Shown: positions 27,845 through 35,005, numbered from the stretch's first letter. The stretch is 64,000 nucleotides of DNA from an uncultured Phycisphaera sp. (GCA_964501365.1 CAZCST010000014.1:123602-187601), one strand, 5' to 3'. Numbers and translations: made by a program. Notes: generated by a model not told the origin, from the letters alone.

Positions 27845-27862
27845 TTTACGGAGTAAACGCAT

Positions 27863-29539
27863 ATGGCAGCTAAGCAAATCGCATACCAAATGGAGGCCCG
27901 GGAGGCCATTCGTCGCGGCGTCAAGCAACTCGCCCGCGCCGTCAAGGCCACTCTGGGGCCCTGTGGAAGAAACGTCGTCATTGAAAAATCCTTCGGCGCG
28001 CCCACCGTCACCAAGGACGGCGTCACTGTCGCCAAGGAAATTGAACTCGACTGCGCCTACGAAAACATGGGCGCGCAAATGGTGAAGGAAGTCGCCTCGC
28101 GCACCTCGACGGTGGCCGGCGACGGAACCACTACCGCCACCGTCTACGCCGAGGCCATCTACGATGAAGGCCTCAAGAACGTAGCCGCCGGCGCAGAACC
28201 GATGGCTCTCAAGCGCGGCATCGAACAGGCCGTCGAGGTCGTCGTTGCAGAACTTAAGAAAGCGAGCACACCCATCAAGGGATCCAATCAAATCGCGCAG
28301 GTCGGCACCTGTGCGGCCAACCAAAACGCCGAAATCGGCAAGATCATCGCCCAGGCGATGGACAAGGTCGGCAAGGACGGCGTCATCACCGTCGAAGAAG
28401 GCAAGACCCTCGACACCACCGTCGATCTCGTCGAAGGCATGCAATTCGACAAGGGCTACCTCTCGCCGCACTTCATCAACAAGTTCGACACGCTGACGTG
28501 CGAGCTCGACAAGCCCTACATCCTCATCCACGAAAAGAAGATCAGCTCCGTCAAGGACATGATCCCGCTGCTTGAAAAGGTCTCGCAGTCGGGTCGTCCG
28601 CTGCTTATCGTCGCCGAGGACATCGAAGGCGAAGCCCTCGCCACCCTCGTGGTCAACAAGCTTCGCGGCACGCTTCAGGTCTGCGCCGTCAAGGCCCCCG
28701 GCTTTGGCGACCGCCGCAAGGCGATGCTCGAAGACATGTCCACCCTCACCGGCGGCACAGCGATCTTCGAAGACCTCGGCATCAAGCTCGAAAACGTGAC
28801 GCTCTCCGACCTCGGCTCGGCCAAGAAGGTCCGCGCCGACAAGGACAACACCACGATCGTTGAAGGCGGCGGCTCTTCGGCGGACATCAAGGGCCGAATC
28901 CAGCAGATCAAGACCGAGATCGACAAGACCACCAGCGATTACGACAAGGAAAAGCTGTCGGAACGCCTCGCCAAGCTTTCCGGCGGCGTCGCTCAGATTA
29001 ACGTCGGAGCGGCCACCGAAGTCGAAATGAAGGAGAAGAAGGCCCTCGTCGAAGACGCCCTGCATGCCTGCCGTGCGGCCGTCGAAGAAGGCGTTCTCCC
29101 CGGCGGCGGTGTATCCGTGATCCGCGCCTCGAAGGCGTTGGAAGGCTTGAGCAAGAAGCTTAAGGGCGACGAAAAGACCGGCGTCGATATCATCCGCCGC
29201 GCCCTCTCCGCTCCGATCAAGCAGATTGTCGAGAATGGCGGCCTCGAAGGCTCGATCGTCTGCCAGAAGGTTTCTGAAAGCAACGATGCAAACTTCGGCT
29301 ACAACGCCCTCACCGGCGAGTACGGCGACATGATCAAGATGGGCGTGCTCGTGCCGGCCAAGGTCGAGCGCGTCGCGCTCCAGAACGCGGCCAGCGTCGC
29401 CAGCCTTCTTCTCACCACCGATTGCATCATCGGCGAGATCAAGCAGAAGAACGACAAGGGCGGCGGCCATGCCGGCCACGGCCACCCCGGAATGGGCGGC
29501 GGCATGGGTGGTATGGGCGGCATGGGCGGAATGATGTAG
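27863..29539 (+). CDS. groEL: Chaperonin GroEL
   Basis: '[20 protein letters not shown]..', '[10 protein letters not shown]'. GGM tail '[16 protein letters not shown]' preceded by '[10 protein letters not shown]'. Confidence 0.97.
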   Translation: MAAKQIAYQMEAREAIRRGVKQLARAVKATLGPCGRNVVIEKSFGAPTVTKDGVTVAKEIELDCAYENMGAQMVKEVASRTSTVAGDGTTTATVYAEAIYDEGLKNVAAGAEPMALKRGIEQAVEVVVAELKKASTPIKGSNQIAQVGTCAANQNAEIGKIIAQAMDKVGKDGVITVEEGKTLDTTVDLVEGMQFDKGYLSPHFINKFDTLTCELDKPYILIHEKKISSVKDMIPLLEKVSQSGRPLLIVAEDIEGEALATLVVNKLRGTLQVCAVKAPGFGDRRKAMLEDMSTLTGGTAIFEDLGIKLENVTLSDLGSAKKVRADKDNTTIVEGGGSSADIKGRIQQIKTEIDKTTSDYDKEKLSERLAKLSGGVAQINVGAATEVEMKEKKALVEDALHACRAAVEEGVLPGGGVSVIRASKALEGLSKKLKGDEKTGVDIIRRALSAPIKQIVENGGLEGSIVCQKVSESNDANFGYNALTGEYGDMIKMGVLVPAKVERVALQNAASVASLLLTTDCIIGEIKQKNDKGGGHAGHGHPGMGGGMGGMGGMGGMM

Positions 29540-29576
29540 GAATCAGTACCGCGGCCGCCAGGGAGCGGTGTTGGCC

Positions 29577-29658
29577 TTCGGGGGAGCCCCGAACCTCGAG
29601 CGCTAGCGAGCGGGCGGTGACTTCGAATCCGACGCAAAAAAATGCCCCAAAGGGGCAT
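29577..29658. terminator. Two hairpins downstream of groEL; the second is an A7-hairpin resembling a minus-strand or bidirectional terminator
   Basis: TTCGGGG-gag-CCCCGAA (29577-29593). ATGCCCC-aaa-GGGGCAT (29642-29658) is preceded by an A-run, which reads as a T-run on the minus strand. Confidence 0.45.
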
Positions 29659-29722
29659 CGTACCATAGCCCAGGGTTGGCCCGAGCCTTTTGGGCCTACC
29701 CTGGGAAAACGAATCCCCAAAA

Positions 29723-29767
29723 CCCTCCCCCCTCTCCCATTCAGGGAGAGGGGCCGGGGGTAAGGGT
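29723..29767. repeat. GC-rich palindromic element, copy B
   Basis: Inner perfect hairpin CCCCTCTCCC-attca-GGGAGAGGGG (29729-29753). The outer arms ACCCTCCCC and GGGGTAAGGGT also pair. Confidence 0.5.
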
Positions 29768-29854
29768 CACGCGACGGAGTGCCAAAGCATCATAACCAAA
29801 TCAGCAACAACCCTTCTCATTATCGCACTCCTCATCCCGCTTTCGGGTTGTGCC

Positions 29855-30214
29855 ATGACAAGCACCGGCCAGAACAAACGAACCGTCCAGACCTACATGG
29901 ACGGCTTCCGAAAAAATAACCGGCCGCAAATTCTGTCGTGCCTGACTGACGACGTGGAGTGGTACATCCCCGGCGCATTCCAGACCCAAGGCAAGGAGGC
30001 CTTCGCCGGCCACATCGTCGACGAGGGCTCCATCCCTCCTCCCGAAATCACCGTCACTCGCATGATCGAAAGCGACGATGTCGTGGTGGCTGAAGGCTCT
30101 GTGAAAGCGAACCGGACCGACGGCACGATCCTCCGCCTCGCCTTTTGCGACGTGTTCGAAATGCACCGCGTCAAAATCCGCAAACTCACCAGCTACTTGA
30201 TGGAGACGAAATAG
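29855..30214 (+). CDS. SnoaL/NTF2-like protein (start ambiguous; a lipoprotein signal is encoded upstream)
   Basis: ORF 29690..30214. From the ATG at 29855: 'NKRTVQTYMDGFRKNNRPQILSCLTDDVEWYIPG', NTF2-like. In frame just upstream: 'KSATTLLIIALLIPLSGC', a lipobox. Confidence 0.65.
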   Translation: MTSTGQNKRTVQTYMDGFRKNNRPQILSCLTDDVEWYIPGAFQTQGKEAFAGHIVDEGSIPPPEITVTRMIESDDVVVAEGSVKANRTDGTILRLAFCDVFEMHRVKIRKLTSYLMETK

Positions 30215-30295
30215 AGGTTATTTCTCTGTGTCCACTCCGGCATAATTCTTCACCCGCCACCGTTCGGTTTTTGTTAACTAATACCAAACAAAATC

Positions 30296-30310
30296 CTGCC
30301 ACCTTGGCAG
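30296..30310. promoter_or_regulatory. 15-bp palindrome CTGCCA-cct-TGGCAG (candidate UAS/operator)
   Basis: Ends 81 nt upstream of the -24 element at 30391. An extra TGGCAG half-site lies at 30346-30351. Confidence 0.35.
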
Positions 30311-30390
30311 CCCAATGGGGGTTTCGTTACTTGTCCGTGACAAAATGGCAGGCGGCATCTTCATTTCGCCAAGAAAAAACTGCTTTTCCT

Positions 30391-30406
30391 TGGCACGAAG
30401 AGTGCA
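30391..30406 (+). promoter_or_regulatory. Sigma-54 (RpoN) promoter: TGGCACG-aaga-GTGCA
   Basis: Matches the TGGCACG-N4-TTGCW consensus at 11 of 12 core positions, with correct GG/GC spacing. Intergenic and correctly oriented, 63 nt upstream of the ATG at 30469, which has a GGAGG RBS. Confidence 0.5.
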
Positions 30407-30468
30407 CTGCCCTCTTTGACCGCGATTGGCGCAGGTCTATTTGGTTCTCTTAAACATGGAGGTACTTT

Positions 30469-30678
30469 ATGGCAAAGACGCCGCGCAACCACACCACGAC
30501 GTGGACAAGGGACCAAGTCAAGGGTCTCAAGAACCTTGCTGACCAAAATACCCCAACACGATTGATCGCGCACAAGCTTCATCGCACCGAGAATGCAGTA
30601 CGAAGTAAGGCTGCGGACCTGGACGTTTCACTCAAGCCGACAAATCAGTCGCCGTACACCCTACAGGGGAAGGAGTAA
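30469..30678 (+). CDS. Small GcrA-N-terminal-like / Myb-like HTH protein
   Basis: 69 aa with GGAGG 6 nt upstream. 'TWTRDQVKGLKNLADQNTPTRLIAHKLHRTENAVRSKAADLDVS' parallels the GcrA N-terminus 'SWTDERV..LKKLW..SASQIA..LG.VTRNAVIGKVHRLGLS' as remembered. Confidence 0.55.
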   Translation: MAKTPRNHTTTWTRDQVKGLKNLADQNTPTRLIAHKLHRTENAVRSKAADLDVSLKPTNQSPYTLQGKE

Positions 30679-30681
30679 AGA

Positions 30682-32013
30682 ATGGAATCGGTATCCGAGG
30701 CTGTGGCCCCGCCTGAAGCGAAAGCAATTTCCTCACCCATTGAGAGCTCTGAGAAGCAACGCGCCAAACAGGCGGTGGCCTTCGCTGGAGAATTGGCGTC
30801 CCTTGTCGAATCCGCGCGAACGCAATCTCAGCACATCGAAGAGGGACGAGGCTATGTTGACAGGATTCGTTCCGAACTCGACACGAATGCAAATGAAGCC
30901 AAACGAGTTGCTTCAGAAATCACATCTCTGAATTCGAGATCATCCGAATTGCGGACACAAGTCGAGGCGGATGCAGCCAAAATCGTCGAATGCAGGTCAA
31001 AATCAGAGTCAGATGCCACAATGATCGCCACTCTCGCCGAGAGGGCTACGAAAGGCGAAGAGGAGTCGACACGACGTTTTTCCGAGATGTCCCAAAAGCT
31101 GACGGCATTCGAACAGCAGTTTGAAACCCAAAAGGGACGCATCGACACTCTGATAGCGGAGCAGCAAACTCAGTTCAGTACGCGTCTTTCGACTTTTGAG
31201 AGTCAAGTGTCCGAACAGAAGAATCGCTTGGAGACGCTACACAACGAACAACAACTCTTGTTTACACAGCGGTCCGATGAACGAGGGACTAAGTTTAACG
31301 AACAATGCGCACGATTCGAACAGTCGGAAGCCGCTCGGACGAAGCGGTCAGGCGACCAGCTTACGGAGTTGCGTACCGAATTTGCTACGCTGTCGAAGCA
31401 AACCACGGATTCGGCGCAAAGGTTAATGTCGGAAGAGGGCGAACGCTTTAGAGTATTTTTGCAAAAGAGTGAGCAGGAGGCGGAAGTTTCCCTAAGGGCC
31501 CTTCAAGCAAGGCTGGACGAAGCCGTTCGGATTGTTGGACTTATTGGAAATACAGGTTTGACAGGGAATTATCAGCGCGTGGCAAACCAAGAAAGCGTAG
31601 TCGCGAATCGATTCCGATGGATCGCAATTGCATGTATGGTTGCAATGGTGTTGTGCGTGCTTTGGATCGTAGCTCATGTCAACCGGGCTGATTTCGATTG
31701 GGAGGTAGCGCTCTTTCGACTTGCAGCCGCAATCGTTTGCCTTGCGCCAGGCTGGTACTGCGCCAAGGAGTCCGGGCGCCATCGCCGGGTTGCGGAACGA
31801 AACCGACGGATTGAACTCGAATTGGCCTCACTCAGCCCATATCTGGCGGAATTGCCAGACGCCGAACGTCTAAAGATCGTTGGCGAACTTTCGCACCAGT
31901 ACTTTGGAGGTGAAATTGATGAGAAAGAGGGTTCCGCCTCCAAAGAGACTAAGTGGCTTCGAACGGGCGATTTCGTAAAACTCCTTGATCAGATAAACAA
32001 GTTGCGTAAATAA
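30682..32013 (+). CDS. Coiled-coil protein with C-terminal two-TM hairpin (hypothetical)
   Basis: 3-nt gap from the small ORF. About 290 aa of Glu/Gln/Arg-rich heptad-like sequence. TM helices 'FRWIAIACMVAMVLCVLWIVAHV' and 'VALFRLAAAIVCLAPGWYCA', followed by a basic/acidic tail. Confidence 0.65.
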   Translation: MESVSEAVAPPEAKAISSPIESSEKQRAKQAVAFAGELASLVESARTQSQHIEEGRGYVDRIRSELDTNANEAKRVASEITSLNSRSSELRTQVEADAAKIVECRSKSESDATMIATLAERATKGEEESTRRFSEMSQKLTAFEQQFETQKGRIDTLIAEQQTQFSTRLSTFESQVSEQKNRLETLHNEQQLLFTQRSDERGTKFNEQCARFEQSEAARTKRSGDQLTELRTEFATLSKQTTDSAQRLMSEEGERFRVFLQKSEQEAEVSLRALQARLDEAVRIVGLIGNTGLTGNYQRVANQESVVANRFRWIAIACMVAMVLCVLWIVAHVNRADFDWEVALFRLAAAIVCLAPGWYCAKESGRHRRVAERNRRIELELASLSPYLAELPDAERLKIVGELSHQYFGGEIDEKEGSASKETKWLRTGDFVKLLDQINKLRK

Positions 32014-32022
32014 GCCAGGTAG

Positions 32023-32052
32023 GGTGCATCGTCGTTTGATGCGCCTTTTCTT
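32023..32052 (+). terminator. Rho-independent terminator
   Basis: GGTGCATC (32023-32030) pairs with GATGCGCC (32038-32045) with one G-U pair. Followed by TTTTCTT. Confidence 0.65.
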
Positions 32053-32079
32053 CGTGACCTTCGTGCTCTCTGTGGTTCG

Positions 32080-32196
32080 CTAAACCACTTCCACTTTCGC
32101 GCGGTGTCCGAGGACGGTGGCGAGTTTGCGGTCGCGGGTGATCGGCGGCGCGGGGATGGTTTCGGCCAGCGTGAGGTAGAACACATCGGAGAATCT
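32080..32196 (-). pseudogene. 3' remnant of a PIN-domain (VapC-type) toxin gene
   Basis: The minus strand reads '(stop)RFSDVFYLTLAETIPAPPITRDRKLATVLGHRAKVEVV(stop)', a typical VapC C-terminus including the last acidic 'TRD'. The frame is closed by TAA right where GC-rich element copy C begins. Confidence 0.5.
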
Positions 32197-32198
32197 TT

Positions 32199-32234
32199 AC
32201 CCTCACCCTGCCCTCCCCCTCCGAGGGAGAGGAG
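32199..32234. repeat. GC-rich palindromic element, copy C (inverted relative to copy B)
   Basis: ACCCTCACCCTGCCCTCCCCCTCCGAGGGAGAGGAG. Its reverse complement aligns with copy B: CTCTCCC..GGAG[AG]GG..GGGT[GA]AGGGT. Confidence 0.45.
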
Positions 32235-32330
32235 TTATGAAACCGGTTCTAGTCTGGCGTCGATCGCTTCTCAGCCTACAATCGAAAAAGGCGAGACGCG
32301 GGATCCGCCCAATACAAGACTGGAGCGAGC

Positions 32331-33032
32331 ATGACACATCCTTGGAACGGTATACATCTTTCAGAACGAGCGCGACGTGTGCAGATCGGCCTTGTCCTTC
32401 TCGCCGTCCTGGCCACCGCCGCGCCTGCCTTAGCGCAGCTGGGAGATTGCTGCGCAGGTGGTAACTGCATAGAGCAGATCACAGAAGCCCAATGCATGGC
32501 GTTGGAGGGGCTTTGGAGCGATCCCGTTGGTTCCCTTTGCGGCCCGTCGGCTGAAAAGGATTTTTGCCAGGGCGTCGATGCCTGCTGCCTGCCAGACGGC
32601 ACATGTCGCAGTCTGTACATTATGTCGGATTGCTTGGAAGCGGGTGGGCAATTTCTTGAGGGGCAGTATTGCGGCGCGGCTGACTGTGCGCTCGTGGGCG
32701 CATGTTGCATCGAAACGGCCTGTCGGAGCCTGACCGAGGTCCAGTGCACGGACCTCGACGGAAATTGGTCCGGCGGTGGCTCAAACTGCGCATTCGTCAA
32801 TTGCGAGTTGGGTGACGAGGACAACGACGGCCGCGCGGATGGCGTCGACAACTGCCCGGGCATCGCCAACGCAGACCAGGCGGATACCGACGGAGATGGC
32901 GTGGGCGATGCCTGCGACACACCGACGGGACCGCAACCAGGGGGATGCGGGGCGGGTGCGCTGGGCGCAATGGCCCTCACAACGTCGCTTCTGATGACCG
33001 GCCGATTACGACGGCCCTTGCGATCGCGATAG
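32331..33032 (+). CDS. Secreted Cys-rich protein with thrombospondin type-3 repeat and MYXO-CTERM/GlyGly-CTERM-like tail
   Basis: Signal peptide 'VQIGLVLLAVLATAAPALAQ'. Three 'CC.....C......C' units. TSP3 repeat 'DEDNDGRADGVDNCPGIANADQADTDGDGVGDACD'. Tail 'PGGCGAGALGAMALTTSLLMTGRLRRPLRSR'. Confidence 0.75.
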   Translation: MTHPWNGIHLSERARRVQIGLVLLAVLATAAPALAQLGDCCAGGNCIEQITEAQCMALEGLWSDPVGSLCGPSAEKDFCQGVDACCLPDGTCRSLYIMSDCLEAGGQFLEGQYCGAADCALVGACCIETACRSLTEVQCTDLDGNWSGGGSNCAFVNCELGDEDNDGRADGVDNCPGIANADQADTDGDGVGDACDTPTGPQPGGCGAGALGAMALTTSLLMTGRLRRPLRSR

Positions 33033-33089
33033 GGTGCATCCCTCTACATGCCGCGCTTGTCGAGATCCAGTTCGATGCACCTTTTCTCC

Positions 33090-33200
33090 ATGGAGACCCA
33101 AGCCACTTTTACTTCCTCCCTGTGACCGGTTGTGGTCGCAGGTGATGAGCGGTGCGGGAAGGGTTTCGGCTGCCGAGCAAGACCGGCTGAAGCCGGCCAA
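33090..33200 (-). pseudogene. Second, more decayed VapC-type 3' remnant (frameshifted)
   Basis: The minus strand reads 'FSRSCSAAETLPAPLITCDHN', then after a 14-nt deletion relative to copy 1, 'TGHREEVKVAW' in another frame. The DNA block 33132-33175 matches 32128-32171 at 34 of 44 positions by eye. Confidence 0.3.
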
Positions 33201-33520
33201 TGAACTGCAAAATAGCGTGCAACTTGATGCACCATTTATGCCGAACCTATCGCCGTTGCCTTTGCTCCTGTCTTCGGGGGCCCGCGCCTCATGTAACGTG
33301 ATCCATGATCCGGCGTATTCAAATCACGAATTCGCAACAAAATGCGCGCGCCCCGCATGTTATTTGAGGATGATCGCAAAGTGGCCGTCCTCAGCCCGAT
33401 TTTTGAATTCCGACCGTCGGGTATATGGAGCAAATTTCCAAACGAACCCGCTTATAAGTGTGTGTGCAAAAATGTTCGACCCGCTAATCTCACAATTACA
33501 ATGCGACGATAAGCCCCCAA

Positions 33521-34378
33521 ATGCCACTATCCCTCGGCCCATTCAAGGTTTACGCCGTCATCTATGGCCTGAGCCTGCTGGCCCACATCATTCTGGCGCA
33601 GAGGTGGTGCCAGCGCATGACACTGCCGCGGCGCGTCGGGTTCGTGCTTTCGATGTGCTACATGGTCGGCATGGCCGTGGGAGCGCGGCTGCTCTATGAC
33701 GTTCTCAATCATCAATTCAACCCCGCGAACTACCTGCGCCCCGGCTACTACTTCAGCGACGGACTGTGGGGCGGGCCGCTGGCGTATTTGATGCTTGCGG
33801 CGGGATTTGCGTGGTGGATGGGCGGCCGGGAATGGTGCATCAAGATGCACCCTGCACCCGGGGCTGGCGGCCGGCGGCAAGCTGCGTACGACCCCTCTGC
33901 GTCCCTCCTTGGCAAGGGGGGAGGGATTCTGGATGTGATGGTGCTGGCGCTGCCGATTCCAATGGCGATTGCGAAGGTTGCGTGCCTGTTCAACGGCTGC
34001 TGTTTCGGCACGCCGTGCGACTGGCCATGGTGCGTGGTGTATCCCTATCTTGCCGAGCCGCCTGCCGGCATCGCCCGCCACCCGACGCAAATTTATGAAA
34101 TCGCGGCACTGATGTTCATCTACGTCGTACTGTTCACGCTCGAACGCCGCCGCTGGCACGGCCTTCTATCGCTCTGGTTTGTCTTCTTCTACGGCCTGGC
34201 CCGCCCGATCACGGAGTTCTTCCGCGTTCCCGGCGAGCGCCGCCCGACGATCGGCTTTCTCAGCACGTCACAGGCCATCTGCCTTGCCGGTGCGGCCGTG
34301 GCCCTGATTGCCCTCTATGCCCTTCGCCCGCCGCGACGAGCATTCGAACCCCCGGTCATTCGCCCTGCGTTTGCATAA
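33521..34378 (+). CDS. lgt: Prolipoprotein diacylglyceryl transferase
   Basis: 'ARHPTQIYEIAALMFIYVVL' and 'FFYGLARPITEFFR' are Lgt signature regions. Polytopic membrane protein. Confidence 0.85.
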   Translation: MPLSLGPFKVYAVIYGLSLLAHIILAQRWCQRMTLPRRVGFVLSMCYMVGMAVGARLLYDVLNHQFNPANYLRPGYYFSDGLWGGPLAYLMLAAGFAWWMGGREWCIKMHPAPGAGGRRQAAYDPSASLLGKGGGILDVMVLALPIPMAIAKVACLFNGCCFGTPCDWPWCVVYPYLAEPPAGIARHPTQIYEIAALMFIYVVLFTLERRRWHGLLSLWFVFFYGLARPITEFFRVPGERRPTIGFLSTSQAICLAGAAVALIALYALRPPRRAFEPPVIRPAFA

Positions 34379-34484
34379 AGCGTTATCTGTCGGAAATTGT
34401 CGGGCAGGCTTGCATTCGCCAATTCGGATGATAGGTTATTGTTAGGGTATTTGAATCGATGGGCACTTTTTTGGAGGCACGAAT

Positions 34485-34976
34485 ATGAAAGCGGTCAAAC
34501 CCATTCCAGAGGGATTCCACACCATCACTCCGCACCTGGTTGTGAAAGGCGGCGAGAAAGCGATCGCCTTCTACAAGAAGGCCTTCGGCGCGAAGGAGCG
34601 AGATGGCGCGTGCACGATGAAGATGCCCAATGGCATGATCGGCCATGCCGAGCTGTGGATCGGCGACTCGCCCATCATGCTCGCTGATGAATCGCCCGAT
34701 TGGGGTTCGTTCTCGCCGCTGTCGAAGGGCGGTGGCAGCGTCTGCATTCATCTTTACGTTCCGGACGTGGACAAGACGTATACACAGGCCGTCGCCGCCG
34801 GAGCCACGGCAACCATGCCGGTGACCGACATGCCGTGGGGCGATCGCTATGGCAAGCTCAAGGACCCCTTTGGACACGAATGGTCGATCGGCACGCACAA
34901 GGAAGACCTCACCATGGATGAAATCATGAAGCGTATGGAGCCGATGATGTCAGGCGGGGGACATAAGAAAAAGTAA
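34485..34976 (+). CDS. VOC-family (glyoxalase/PhnB-like) protein
   Basis: GGAGG RBS. 'ITPHLVVKGGEKAIAFYKKAFGA..HAELWIGDSPIMLADE..WGDRYGKLKDPFGHEWSI'. Confidence 0.8.
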   Translation: MKAVKPIPEGFHTITPHLVVKGGEKAIAFYKKAFGAKERDGACTMKMPNGMIGHAELWIGDSPIMLADESPDWGSFSPLSKGGGSVCIHLYVPDVDKTYTQAVAAGATATMPVTDMPWGDRYGKLKDPFGHEWSIGTHKEDLTMDEIMKRMEPMMSGGGHKKK

Positions 34977-35005
34977 CAGTAGCAGCAGGACGTAATCGCA
35001 TTGGA

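Noticed and set aside
27788-29485. 565-aa ORF antisense to groEL
   Set aside because: Low-complexity Ala/Gly/Asp/Leu-rich translation that exactly shadows a highly conserved gene in GC-rich DNA. No start or RBS context. Classic shadow ORF.
32020-33200. Integron-like gene cassette interpretation of the repeat-flanked TSP3 gene
   Set aside because: No integrase, no attI, and the hairpins lack the GTTRRRY/RYYYAAC core pair of attC sites. A duplicated terminator-toxin junction explains it better.
33034-33699. 221-aa plus-strand ORF spanning the vapC-remnant region and the lgt start
   Set aside because: It is out of frame with lgt, has no motifs, and crosses decayed or non-coding sequence.
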